Assembly: GCA_022710775.1 (NCBI GenBank)
Contig: JAKLGH010000007.1
Location: 9,184 to 62,133, forward strand
Source of the DNA: Patescibacteria group bacterium
GTDB taxonomy: Bacteria > Patescibacteriota > Minisyncoccia > Minisyncoccales > UBA5738
Length of the DNA: 52,950 nt
Direction of reading: 5' to 3'
In this document: piece by piece, positions 17,751 to 25,487 of the stretch
How the letters are laid out: each line of letters opens with the position of its first letter
Position numbering within the stretch: position 1 is the stretch's first letter
Notes under the pieces: generated by a model
What the model saw: only the letters and a program-made list of their open reading frames with translations
The model's database searches: none
What the model was told of the DNA's origin: nothing
Position numbers and translations under genes: made by a program

Positions 17751-18545
17751 ATGAGGCCGGCAAGCTTATCCATCATAATAATCTTCGCGATGATCCCGAT
17801 CCTGGCCATTTTGGCATACGGCCAGTTTAAAACCGCTTTCAGTTCGGAATTCGACGCCGGCGCGCCGGAACCGATCCTAACCAAATTTGACCCTGGCCAA
17901 AGCCTGGAAGGGTTAAAAAAGGAAAAAAATCCGGAACGGCTGGAATTCCGCGATCCTGCCGGCAAGCTGAAAATCAGCTACGATTCTTCCTGGACCAAGG
18001 CCGAAGACGATATCATCAAAAAAGCCGATAACCTAGCCCAATTGGAAAACGAAGATCTGCTGCTGCTGCTTTACAAAGTGGATTTTAACAGCTTCCAGCC
18101 GTCTTATCTGGCTGTCGAGCGCGTCAAAAATGGGAATTGGAACGACATAGTGGCAACAATGGAACAGGAAGCAAAAGCTAAAAACCAGGCAATGGAAGTC
18201 TTAAGATCGGACATCTCAAAAAACCGGGTAAGCCTGGAAATAAAATTCGTTTCGGCGGCTGATGCAAAAAATAAGATCACGACCCGCCAGTGGGCTGAAA
18301 TACTGGTCGACGGGGATGAAAGCTATATCGTTTTGCTGATGACCACGGAACAAAACTGGCCGGCATTCGAAAAAGAAGCTGGCGAGATCGCCGGCTCCAT
18401 AGAGTTCCTCGGCCAACCCTTAACCCCGGCGGTAGAAGAACAGCCAAATATTGATAACGATCCAGCCGCTGGCAACGGCGACAGTTCCAGCGATGCCGGC
18501 GTCATTAAAGCCATCGGCATCCCGGCGCCCGAACAAAACAATTAA
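17751..18545 (+). CDS. Hypothetical secreted or membrane-anchored protein (N-terminal signal-anchor), located inside the pilin locus
   Basis: ORF track. N-terminal hydrophobic helix. No family recognised. Confidence 0.5.
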   Translation: MRPASLSIIIIFAMIPILAILAYGQFKTAFSSEFDAGAPEPILTKFDPGQSLEGLKKEKNPERLEFRDPAGKLKISYDSSWTKAEDDIIKKADNLAQLENEDLLLLLYKVDFNSFQPSYLAVERVKNGNWNDIVATMEQEAKAKNQAMEVLRSDISKNRVSLEIKFVSAADAKNKITTRQWAEILVDGDESYIVLLMTTEQNWPAFEKEAGEIAGSIEFLGQPLTPAVEEQPNIDNDPAAGNGDSSSDAGVIKAIGIPAPEQNN

Positions 18546-18565
18546 AATATCAACCCGGAAAAAAC

Positions 18566-19492
18566 ATGGCCAAACCAATCAACAAAAAATTATTTTCCTT
18601 GCTGGCGGTTGCCGGATGTTTCGCGTTTTTCGCGCTGGCCTACGCCCTGGAAACTTCCTGGCCGGAATCTCCGATGAAAACCAAGGTTGACGACACAACC
18701 AACCTGGCTGTTTTCATCAAATACATTTACGAGTGGGGGATAGCGCTGGGCGGCGTGGCAACCTTTATCGCTTTTGTGATCGCCGGGTTCCAATACATCA
18801 CTTCTATCGGCGATCCGCAAACCATGAAGGACGCCGTCGACCGCATCAAATCGGCGATGTTTGGCCTGGTGTTGCTGTTATCGGCTTACGTTCTGTTGAA
18901 TACCATCAATCCCGAATTGGTAAGCTTCCGCCTCGACCCTTTTAATCCCCAGCTTAACGGAGAATTTTTTGAGTCTTGCCAGGCAAACAGCGGCACTTGC
19001 AGACCAGGATACGAATGTAAATTACTTGGCGAAAAAGGCATCTGCTGGCCAAAAGATTATGCCGGCCCGGTCTGTAAAGATGCCGAAATCTATTCGCAAA
19101 CCAATTTCAAAGGGACTAAAACCGTCCTTAGCGTCAACGAAACCCTTGAAGGCGGAGACAACATGCCCAAATCGGTCAGAGCCCGATACATAGACGATGA
19201 TTGCAAAGAATACCTGAAAAAAAATAAAGACAAAGTGGACGGCAGAACCAGCTGTTATTGCGATGAACGGGTTGCTCCCAGCGGCGGGGAGGAAGAAGAT
19301 TCGACTACGATGGTCGGAGAGAAAAACGGCTGCGGCTGCGTGCTCCGGCTTTATAACGAAGATGACGGCTGGCTTTGGTCCGATTGCGGGGATGTGATCA
19401 CGGACGTGCCGGCCTACGAAGCCGATCTGACCCAATGGTTCGACCGGGACGTATATTGCGTGGAGCTTCTGTCGCCCGGAGCCGATAAGTAA
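18566..19492 (+). CDS. Pilin-like protein: signal peptide plus a 2-TM pilin-like domain, followed by a C-terminal Cys-rich extracellular domain
   Basis: AGFQYITSIGDPQTMKDAVDRIKSAMFGLVLLLSAYVLLNTI is paralogous to the other two pilin-like modules. The C-terminus contains about 14 Cys. Confidence 0.6.
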   Translation: MAKPINKKLFSLLAVAGCFAFFALAYALETSWPESPMKTKVDDTTNLAVFIKYIYEWGIALGGVATFIAFVIAGFQYITSIGDPQTMKDAVDRIKSAMFGLVLLLSAYVLLNTINPELVSFRLDPFNPQLNGEFFESCQANSGTCRPGYECKLLGEKGICWPKDYAGPVCKDAEIYSQTNFKGTKTVLSVNETLEGGDNMPKSVRARYIDDDCKEYLKKNKDKVDGRTSCYCDERVAPSGGEEEDSTTMVGEKNGCGCVLRLYNEDDGWLWSDCGDVITDVPAYEADLTQWFDRDVYCVELLSPGADK

Positions 19493-19519
19493 ACCTGCGG
19501 CCGGAGCTAAACCAAAACT

Positions 19520-22294
19520 ATGGATAAAATTCCCAAAAAACCCAAATCGTTCCAAAGAGCCGTCATGGCTCTGGTTTCGGCTCTTACTATATTTACTTTA
19601 GTTATACCCGCATCTGCTGACGCCATCCTGCTCGACGATATTACCGGCATTTTCGAGAACGCTCTGGAAGCAAGCGACGAAGTAACATCGCCCCTTCTTT
19701 CCGTAGTTCCCAAGGTTGTCGTATATTATTCCCTTAGTCTGGTCTGTCTGGGTTTTTCAACCAGCACTTTAGAGTGGGTGATCAAAAACCCAAATTGGAT
19801 CAATCTTAGGGGAAAAGCGGTCACCAAGGGCTGGGCTCTGACCAGGGGAATGGCCAATATGTTCCTTTTGCTGATCTTTTTGGTCATCGCTTTCGGTTTC
19901 ATTTTAAGGCTCGAGTCGGTTGACGCGCCAAAGGCCCTGCCGCGGCTGATCATCGTCGCCCTTTTGATCAACTTCAGCAAGCTGTTTGTCGGCATGCTCG
20001 TTGATTTCGCGACAATCGCCAACAATACCATCATCTATGGCCACGAAGACTTGTTGAGAACGGTTGTAGATGGACTCGCTGGTTCTATATACGCTACTTT
20101 TGGCGTTATGCTTACGGGAGTGGTTAAATCCATCCTGGCCTATGCTGTTCCGCTGGCCGGTTTGCCTAAAGTTCTTATTACGGCCAGCTCCCTGCTTTTT
20201 AAAGGAGAATTTATCTCCCTTATGCCGATATGGGTAAGCCAGATCGTCGCCGCGTCGGCCCTGACGATGATTTTCTGCCTTTATATCATTTTGTTTGTCG
20301 CGCGCGTTTTTATTATCCAGATCTTGGCAATTTTGTCGCCCCTGGCCTTCCTGTGCCTTATTCTGCCGCAAACCCAAAAATACTGGGACGAGTGGCTTAA
20401 GCATCTCATCCAATGGACCTTTGTGGGAACAGTTTTGCTTTTCTTTTTAATGATCGGCTTAAGCGCCGGCAACGCGCTTTTGCCCAGCGCTAGCGATCCG
20501 GACCCGTTCACTTGGGGTAATTTGTTTCCCGTTCTCAACGTCCCCAAGTTTTTCATTTATTACATGTTTTTGTTCATTTATCTGGCGGTATCGTTCTGGA
20601 TGGTTGACCGCACCATGCCCATACTTGCCGTATCGATCATGGGCATGTCGCAAGGCCTGGCTTCCAAAGCCTGGAAAATGGGCGGCAAACAAGCCAAAGA
20701 TGACCTGTTCCAGCGCATAAACGAAAAAGCTGTGGCGCATCAAAAGCGGGACAAGGATTCTAGAGATGATAGCGGCAACCTTACGCTGGCCGGCAATGAC
20801 CGATTGATCCACCAGGCAAAAAGCTTTGCTTTTGCGCCAGTTCATGGTTTTCACCGCCTGAAACGAACCACGCCCAAACAGGCAGTCATCAAAGGCCAGA
20901 TGGCGGCTCGTGAACGGATGGAAAAGCTTTACGGAAAAGATGACGACGGCGTAGACCGGTTCATGGAAGCAATGGATGCCAATCCCAAGCTTCTCGGACA
21001 AATGGGCGCCACCGAACGGGTCGGCGCGCTTGAATACGGTTTAAAATATAAAGGTACTGAATTTGTTCAAAGCTTGCGCAAAAAAGGGGTACTCCATGAC
21101 ACCTTGCAACAAGCCGCCCCTTACAGCATGAGTAATGTTATCAAGGCGGTCGGATATGATCCGGCCAGTTTACAAGGCGCTAAAGGCCAAGCAATCGCCA
21201 GAACGATCGTAAAGGAAGATTCAAAAGGCAAAGAGAATCGTCATTTAGCCGAATACATCCATGGCAATATCGGCGACGCGGCACTCAACCAGAAAGCTGC
21301 CCTTTATACGGGCGCGGCAAAAATTATGGAGAAAAAAGATACCAGCGACAATTGGGATAGGGGCGTTTTCAAGATCAATCCCACCGATACGCCAGAAGAT
21401 CAACAAGCCACTCGCGATCTTCAGGAGGGTATTGCCTTTAAGGCAAGTAGCGGCCAGATCAGGAATATCGGCGATAAGCATGGCCAGGACGTTTTGGACG
21501 CAATTCAGGGGGAAATTGTTGAAAAGGATTATGGAAAATTCGCCGTTGCCAATCCTAAACTGGCCAACGCTCAAGCTATTAATTCCGGAACCGCGGAAGT
21601 TTTTCCGGCGCCTGACGATATCGCTTACATAACCGATCCGCAAACCGGCTTGGCTAAAAAACGGAAAAAAGAGCAGATGCAAGAAAGGATCCAAGGCGTC
21701 ATTAATGAAGAAAGGAACCGGCGGCCGGGACGTGGCCAACAAGCAGGCCAAAGAGCGCAGGGCGGCCGGCAACGCACCACCGGCCCTGGCCAGCAGCATT
21801 GGGGCAACCAGGGAGACGATACGGGCGATCAAGGCAATACGCCTCCTCCCGGCGGAGGGCCGGGACCGGGTACGCCGCCGCCTCCCGGAGGGCCGGGACC
21901 GGGCGGAGGAGCCGGAGGCGCAGGCGGTAGCAGGCGAGCCGGACAACGGACCGGCGCCGGCCCGGAATCGGGATTTGGCGGCGCGACGCGCAGGCAACAG
22001 GCCAGCCAAAGGCCGGGACAAGAAAACTTTGGCGATTTTGGCCGCAGCCGCCCGGGATCAGGCCGTAATCAGGACGCGCGCGACCAAGCCAACCAGACTA
22101 CATACCGCGAGCAAGAAGAAGAAAGGCAAGAAACCGAGCGTGCCGCGCAAGAAGCCGGGCGGCGCTATCCCAACGACGATCTGCGCGATCGCGACCGGCG
22201 GGACAGGGACGGCGGAACCACGCCCAGCGGCCGCACAACCGGCGTTTACCCGGACGACGTTAGTCGGCGCGGCGGAATCAACGGAAATCCTTAA
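19520..22294 (+). CDS. VirB6/TrbL-like polytopic membrane protein (signal peptide plus about 8 TM helices) with a roughly 330-aa low-complexity Gly/Pro/Arg/Gln/Asp-rich C-terminal tail
   Basis: TM-helix topology and size resemble VirB6/TrbL family proteins. The tail contains an imperfect tandem repeat at 21843-21910 (PPPGGGPGPGTPPPPGGPGPGGG). Confidence 0.55.
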   Translation: MDKIPKKPKSFQRAVMALVSALTIFTLVIPASADAILLDDITGIFENALEASDEVTSPLLSVVPKVVVYYSLSLVCLGFSTSTLEWVIKNPNWINLRGKAVTKGWALTRGMANMFLLLIFLVIAFGFILRLESVDAPKALPRLIIVALLINFSKLFVGMLVDFATIANNTIIYGHEDLLRTVVDGLAGSIYATFGVMLTGVVKSILAYAVPLAGLPKVLITASSLLFKGEFISLMPIWVSQIVAASALTMIFCLYIILFVARVFIIQILAILSPLAFLCLILPQTQKYWDEWLKHLIQWTFVGTVLLFFLMIGLSAGNALLPSASDPDPFTWGNLFPVLNVPKFFIYYMFLFIYLAVSFWMVDRTMPILAVSIMGMSQGLASKAWKMGGKQAKDDLFQRINEKAVAHQKRDKDSRDDSGNLTLAGNDRLIHQAKSFAFAPVHGFHRLKRTTPKQAVIKGQMAARERMEKLYGKDDDGVDRFMEAMDANPKLLGQMGATERVGALEYGLKYKGTEFVQSLRKKGVLHDTLQQAAPYSMSNVIKAVGYDPASLQGAKGQAIARTIVKEDSKGKENRHLAEYIHGNIGDAALNQKAALYTGAAKIMEKKDTSDNWDRGVFKINPTDTPEDQQATRDLQEGIAFKASSGQIRNIGDKHGQDVLDAIQGEIVEKDYGKFAVANPKLANAQAINSGTAEVFPAPDDIAYITDPQTGLAKKRKKEQMQERIQGVINEERNRRPGRGQQAGQRAQGGRQRTTGPGQQHWGNQGDDTGDQGNTPPPGGGPGPGTPPPPGGPGPGGGAGGAGGSRRAGQRTGAGPESGFGGATRRQQASQRPGQENFGDFGRSRPGSGRNQDARDQANQTTYREQEEERQETERAAQEAGRRYPNDDLRDRDRRDRDGGTTPSGRTTGVYPDDVSRRGGINGNP

Positions 22295-22320
22295 TTTCGT
22301 TTTCCATCAATATTTTAAAA

Positions 22321-22345
22321 GGCTTCGTTAAACGCGAAGCCTTTT
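22321..22345 (+). terminator. Terminator hairpin for ORF 19520-22294 (GGCTTCG-ttaaacg-CGAAGCC followed by TTTT)
   Basis: Read directly. Confidence 0.6.
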
Positions 22346-22377
22346 AGAAAAATAAAATAGGGATCTTGATATCCCTA
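22345..22377 (-). terminator. Terminator hairpin for the minus-strand SPFH gene (TAGGGAT-cttgat-ATCCCTA, T-rich on the minus strand). It overlaps the stop codon.
   Basis: Read directly. Confidence 0.5.
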
Positions 22378-23589
22378 TTCTTCCTCTTTATTTGATTTTC
22401 CTTTTTGTTGTGGCTGCCCTCCTTGCCTGGCCTGCATACCCCGCGACAATAAATGAAGCGGGGTAGTAAGACCCAACGGATCCTTGCCTTCGAGGCCAGA
22501 AACCTCTATTTGTTCCTGGTGCACATCTTTCTTGATAAGCTTGCGGAATAACAACCAGGTTTCCGTAGCTTTCTCCGGGTTCAGGCCGATTCTATCCCGC
22601 AACTCAATGATTGAATCGCGGAAATGCTCCCGCTCGGTCTTCTCGGACCTCTGCTCCAGTTCTTCTTTTGCCAGATCATCCCTGGCTTTCTGGATATAAT
22701 CCGGCAAGCCGATATCCGGTACCGTAATTTGCAGAATCTCGATACCGACAAGCCGAAGAACAAGGTGCCTGGAACCGTTATTAAAAGAACTGATCATTTC
22801 CGATTTCAAGGCTTCGTCTTCGACGTTGACAATCGTGCTGATGATCGCTTCGCGAAAACCCTTTTTATCTTTTAAGGCCTTTTCCATCTTTTTTGTAATG
22901 GCGTATTCACGAATCCCTTGATTAGTTGGATCGCTAATAATGTCTTCCACGCCTGCCGCTTGCCCGACATCCAGATAGCGAATGACGGAAAACGGATTCT
23001 TGTAATCAGGGTGCCAGGTCATGGAAGCTAAAACCCCGATTGTCCCATTCTTAACAGCAACTCTCACTTGGGACAAATCAGTGTTTTTATCCATCACATC
23101 GATCCGGATCACATCCCAAATAAAGGGGATCACCAGGCAGTATCCCTCTTGAACAAGATAAGGAATCCTGCCTCCCATCCAGGTACGAATGCCGATCTGT
23201 TTCGGCGTTGCCTGCACTTCCTTAATAAATAAAATTGCAAGCAAGCCGCTGGCCGCGAAACAACATAGAGCTTGGGTAAAATTTACCCAAACCCCGCCGG
23301 CCAGATAATAAAGGCCCAAAGCTAAGGGTAAGACCAGCAACAATCCGGCGAGCACATTCATGCGATGCTCAAGACTAGCCGCAGCAGCCATCTCTGTTTG
23401 CTGTTCTTCTGTATATTCAGAGCGCCCACTTGCTGTGGGTGCCGGCGTTTCTACCGCTGGTTCCGGTTCAGGCCTTGGTAGCCCATGTTCCGAACCTTCT
23501 GCCGGATTTTGATCTGTTCCGGCATTGCGCCCCGGCGTATCATCTTCGGAAGGTAGTACCGGGCCGTGCATTGGCCCAAAATTATCCAT
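22375..23589 (-). CDS. SPFH/band-7 (stomatin/prohibitin-like) membrane protein with a disordered N-terminal extension
   Basis: Two N-terminal hydrophobic helices are followed by a region with the flavour of an SPFH core (IRTWMGGRIPYLVQEGYCLVIPFIWDVIRIDVMDKNTDLSQVRVAVKNGTIGVLASMTWHP) and a coiled-coil C-terminus. Confidence 0.55.
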   Translation of the reverse strand: MDNFGPMHGPVLPSEDDTPGRNAGTDQNPAEGSEHGLPRPEPEPAVETPAPTASGRSEYTEEQQTEMAAAASLEHRMNVLAGLLLVLPLALGLYYLAGGVWVNFTQALCCFAASGLLAILFIKEVQATPKQIGIRTWMGGRIPYLVQEGYCLVIPFIWDVIRIDVMDKNTDLSQVRVAVKNGTIGVLASMTWHPDYKNPFSVIRYLDVGQAAGVEDIISDPTNQGIREYAITKKMEKALKDKKGFREAIISTIVNVEDEALKSEMISSFNNGSRHLVLRLVGIEILQITVPDIGLPDYIQKARDDLAKEELEQRSEKTEREHFRDSIIELRDRIGLNPEKATETWLLFRKLIKKDVHQEQIEVSGLEGKDPLGLTTPLHLLSRGMQARQGGQPQQKGKSNKEEE

Positions 23590-23669
23590 AGCTATTCACC
23601 TCTTCTTTTTGGTATTCATCAAGCTATACTTCAATCCATATGTGAAATATGACAAGGATCTGTTTTTAA

Positions 23670-23698
23670 ATTATAGCATACTTTACTATTTTTGTCAA
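23670..23698 (-). promoter_or_regulatory. Sigma70-like promoter for the SPFH gene: TTGACA, 17 nt, TATAAT on the minus strand
   Basis: The reverse complement of 23670-23698 reads TTGACAaaaatagtaaagtatgcTATAAT. A GAGGTG RBS lies ahead of the ATG at 23589. Confidence 0.6.
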
Positions 23699-23760
23699 TG
23701 AAAATTACAGCCGCCAGGCGGCTGCTTTTTGCCAATATATGCCAGCGCAAATCAATAACG

Positions 23761-23788
23761 TTGCCCCCGATTTTCCCCATGTTATAAT
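23761..23788 (+). promoter_or_regulatory. Sigma70-like promoter with extended -10 (TTGCCC, 16 nt, TGtTATAAT) for ORF 23867-24262
   Basis: Read directly. Confidence 0.5.
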
Positions 23789-23866
23789 ATATGAATGGTC
23801 AATGATCGCTCAGGCGGGTTTTTGGATTAATCCAAGCCTCGAATAAGCATCAATGATGCATAAAAT

Positions 23867-24262
23867 ATGCCTGAAAAAATCTCCAAACAAAAGTTTTGGG
23901 AGCTGTACCGTAAGCTTCCGACCGAACTTCAAGACGCGCTTTTCGACGACGATTTATGGAACAACGTTGCCGAAATTTGCAGCCGCTACCAAGCGAATGA
24001 TAGCCATGACCTGATATCGGACGGATTGTTCAATGTTTTGCTGGGCATCCTCCCTCCCAATATTTTCATCGACGGGCTGGCAAACGAGCTAAAAACCGAT
24101 AAAGCCACAACGAGCCGGATCATCCATGAGATCAACCGATTTGTCTTATTCCCCGTAAAAGAAGCCCTGGAGGATATTTATAATCTTCAAATGACCCCGC
24201 TTGCCGGAGCTCCTTCGCCCAACGCCACAAAAAGAAGCGCCTACCAGGAGCCGATAGGGTAG
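23867..24262 (+). CDS. Hypothetical soluble protein of 131 aa, first gene of the PrgI/VirB4 sub-cluster
   Basis: ORF track. No motifs recognised. Confidence 0.5.
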   Translation: MPEKISKQKFWELYRKLPTELQDALFDDDLWNNVAEICSRYQANDSHDLISDGLFNVLLGILPPNIFIDGLANELKTDKATTSRIIHEINRFVLFPVKEALEDIYNLQMTPLAGAPSPNATKRSAYQEPIG

Positions 24263-24372
24263 CTTTGGATGTCTGAGAACAAGCGGCTTTTATTTTTTCG
24301 TTTTGCGCGTTAATGAATTAGGGCATTTAAAAAGGTTCGACTGCTTTTCAAAGAGTTATATCCCGGTATCTT

Positions 24373-24810
24373 ATGAATTTCATCCTACCCCAATTCATCG
24401 ATATGGAAACCAAGGTGATCGGACCGCTCACTTTGAAGCAATTCATATACCTCGGGATCGGGGGCGGAGCGTCGCTCTTCCTTTACATGATGTCAACCTC
24501 CAATCCGGAGGGGTTTCCTTTAATAGCCTGCCTGGCTATAGTGATACTCATTATGCTGGTTTCGTTCGCCCTCGCCTTCGTTAAGGTGAACGGGATAACT
24601 CTGCCGGTACTGATAAAACATTCCTTCCTTTTTAACCTGGCGCCCAAAATTTATCTTTGGAAAAAATTCCCTAACGCCAAAATCGTCAACCCAAACCAGG
24701 GAGTGATTAAAATAGTAAAAGGACCGGCAAGCAAAAAAGCCGACCGGGTCACTACAAAAAAAAGCGAACTGAAAAAATTAAGGAACTTTATGGAAACGAA
24801 AGGCAATTGA
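24373..24810 (+). CDS. PrgI/VirB3-like small membrane protein of a Gram-positive-type T4SS
   Basis: A 145-aa protein with an N-terminal motif (IPQFIDMETKVIGPLTLKQFIYL) and two TM helices, lying immediately upstream of VirB4. This is the typical PrgI-PrgJ arrangement. Confidence 0.6.
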   Translation: MNFILPQFIDMETKVIGPLTLKQFIYLGIGGGASLFLYMMSTSNPEGFPLIACLAIVILIMLVSFALAFVKVNGITLPVLIKHSFLFNLAPKIYLWKKFPNAKIVNPNQGVIKIVKGPASKKADRVTTKKSELKKLRNFMETKGN

Positions 24811-24832
24811 AGCCTTAAGCCCAACGCACCAC

Positions 24833-25459
24833 ATGGCATTCACATCAACCCAACAATTCCTAGAGATCGACCAGATAAAAGAAGGCGTTATCGTCTTAAA
24901 AAACAAGGCTCTGCGCGGCCTCCTGATGGTTTCTTCGATCAATTTCGCTTTAAAAGCGGAAGACGAGCAAACCGCCATTATTTACCAATTCCAGAGTTTT
25001 CTCAATTCGCTGGATTTTTCGCTGGAAATTTTTATCCAAAGCCGGCAGCTGAATATCACGAATTACCTGGATAAGTTAAAAGACCTGGAAATAAGGCAAA
25101 CCAACGACCTTTTAAGGATCCAAACCGCCGAATACCGAAAGTTCATCAATGAGCTGATATCGTCGGGTTCGATCATGAATAAAACCTTTTACGTGGTCAT
25201 CCCTTTCACTTTGATGAATCTGCCTAACCTCCCGAAATCAAAAGAAGCGGCCAGGTCCGCCAGCGAGGAACAATTCCAGCGCGCCAAATCCCAGTTATGG
25301 CAGCGGATGGAATTCGTGGCGCTCGGCCTCCGGCGCTGCGGCCTTCAATGCGTTCCGTTGAACAGCCTGGAACTGGTTGAATTCTTTTGGAGCCTGTACC
25401 ATCCGCAGGAATCGGAAAGCGGTTATTATCCTGAAATCCCGCCGGAGCTGATAACTTGA
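24833..25459 (+). CDS. virB4: VirB4/TraC-family ATPase, N-terminal fragment (208 aa)
   Basis: ...IDQIKEGVIVLKNKALRGLLMVSSINFALKAEDEQTAIIYQFQSFLNSLDFSLEIFIQSRQLN resembles the extreme N-terminus of Gram-positive VirB4 (PrgJ/ConE-like) proteins. It terminates at a TGA at 25457-25459. Confidence 0.55.
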   Translation: MAFTSTQQFLEIDQIKEGVIVLKNKALRGLLMVSSINFALKAEDEQTAIIYQFQSFLNSLDFSLEIFIQSRQLNITNYLDKLKDLEIRQTNDLLRIQTAEYRKFINELISSGSIMNKTFYVVIPFTLMNLPNLPKSKEAARSASEEQFQRAKSQLWQRMEFVALGLRRCGLQCVPLNSLELVEFFWSLYHPQESESGYYPEIPPELIT

Positions 25460-25487
25460 TCCGCTCCGTTATCCAACGTTAAATTCT

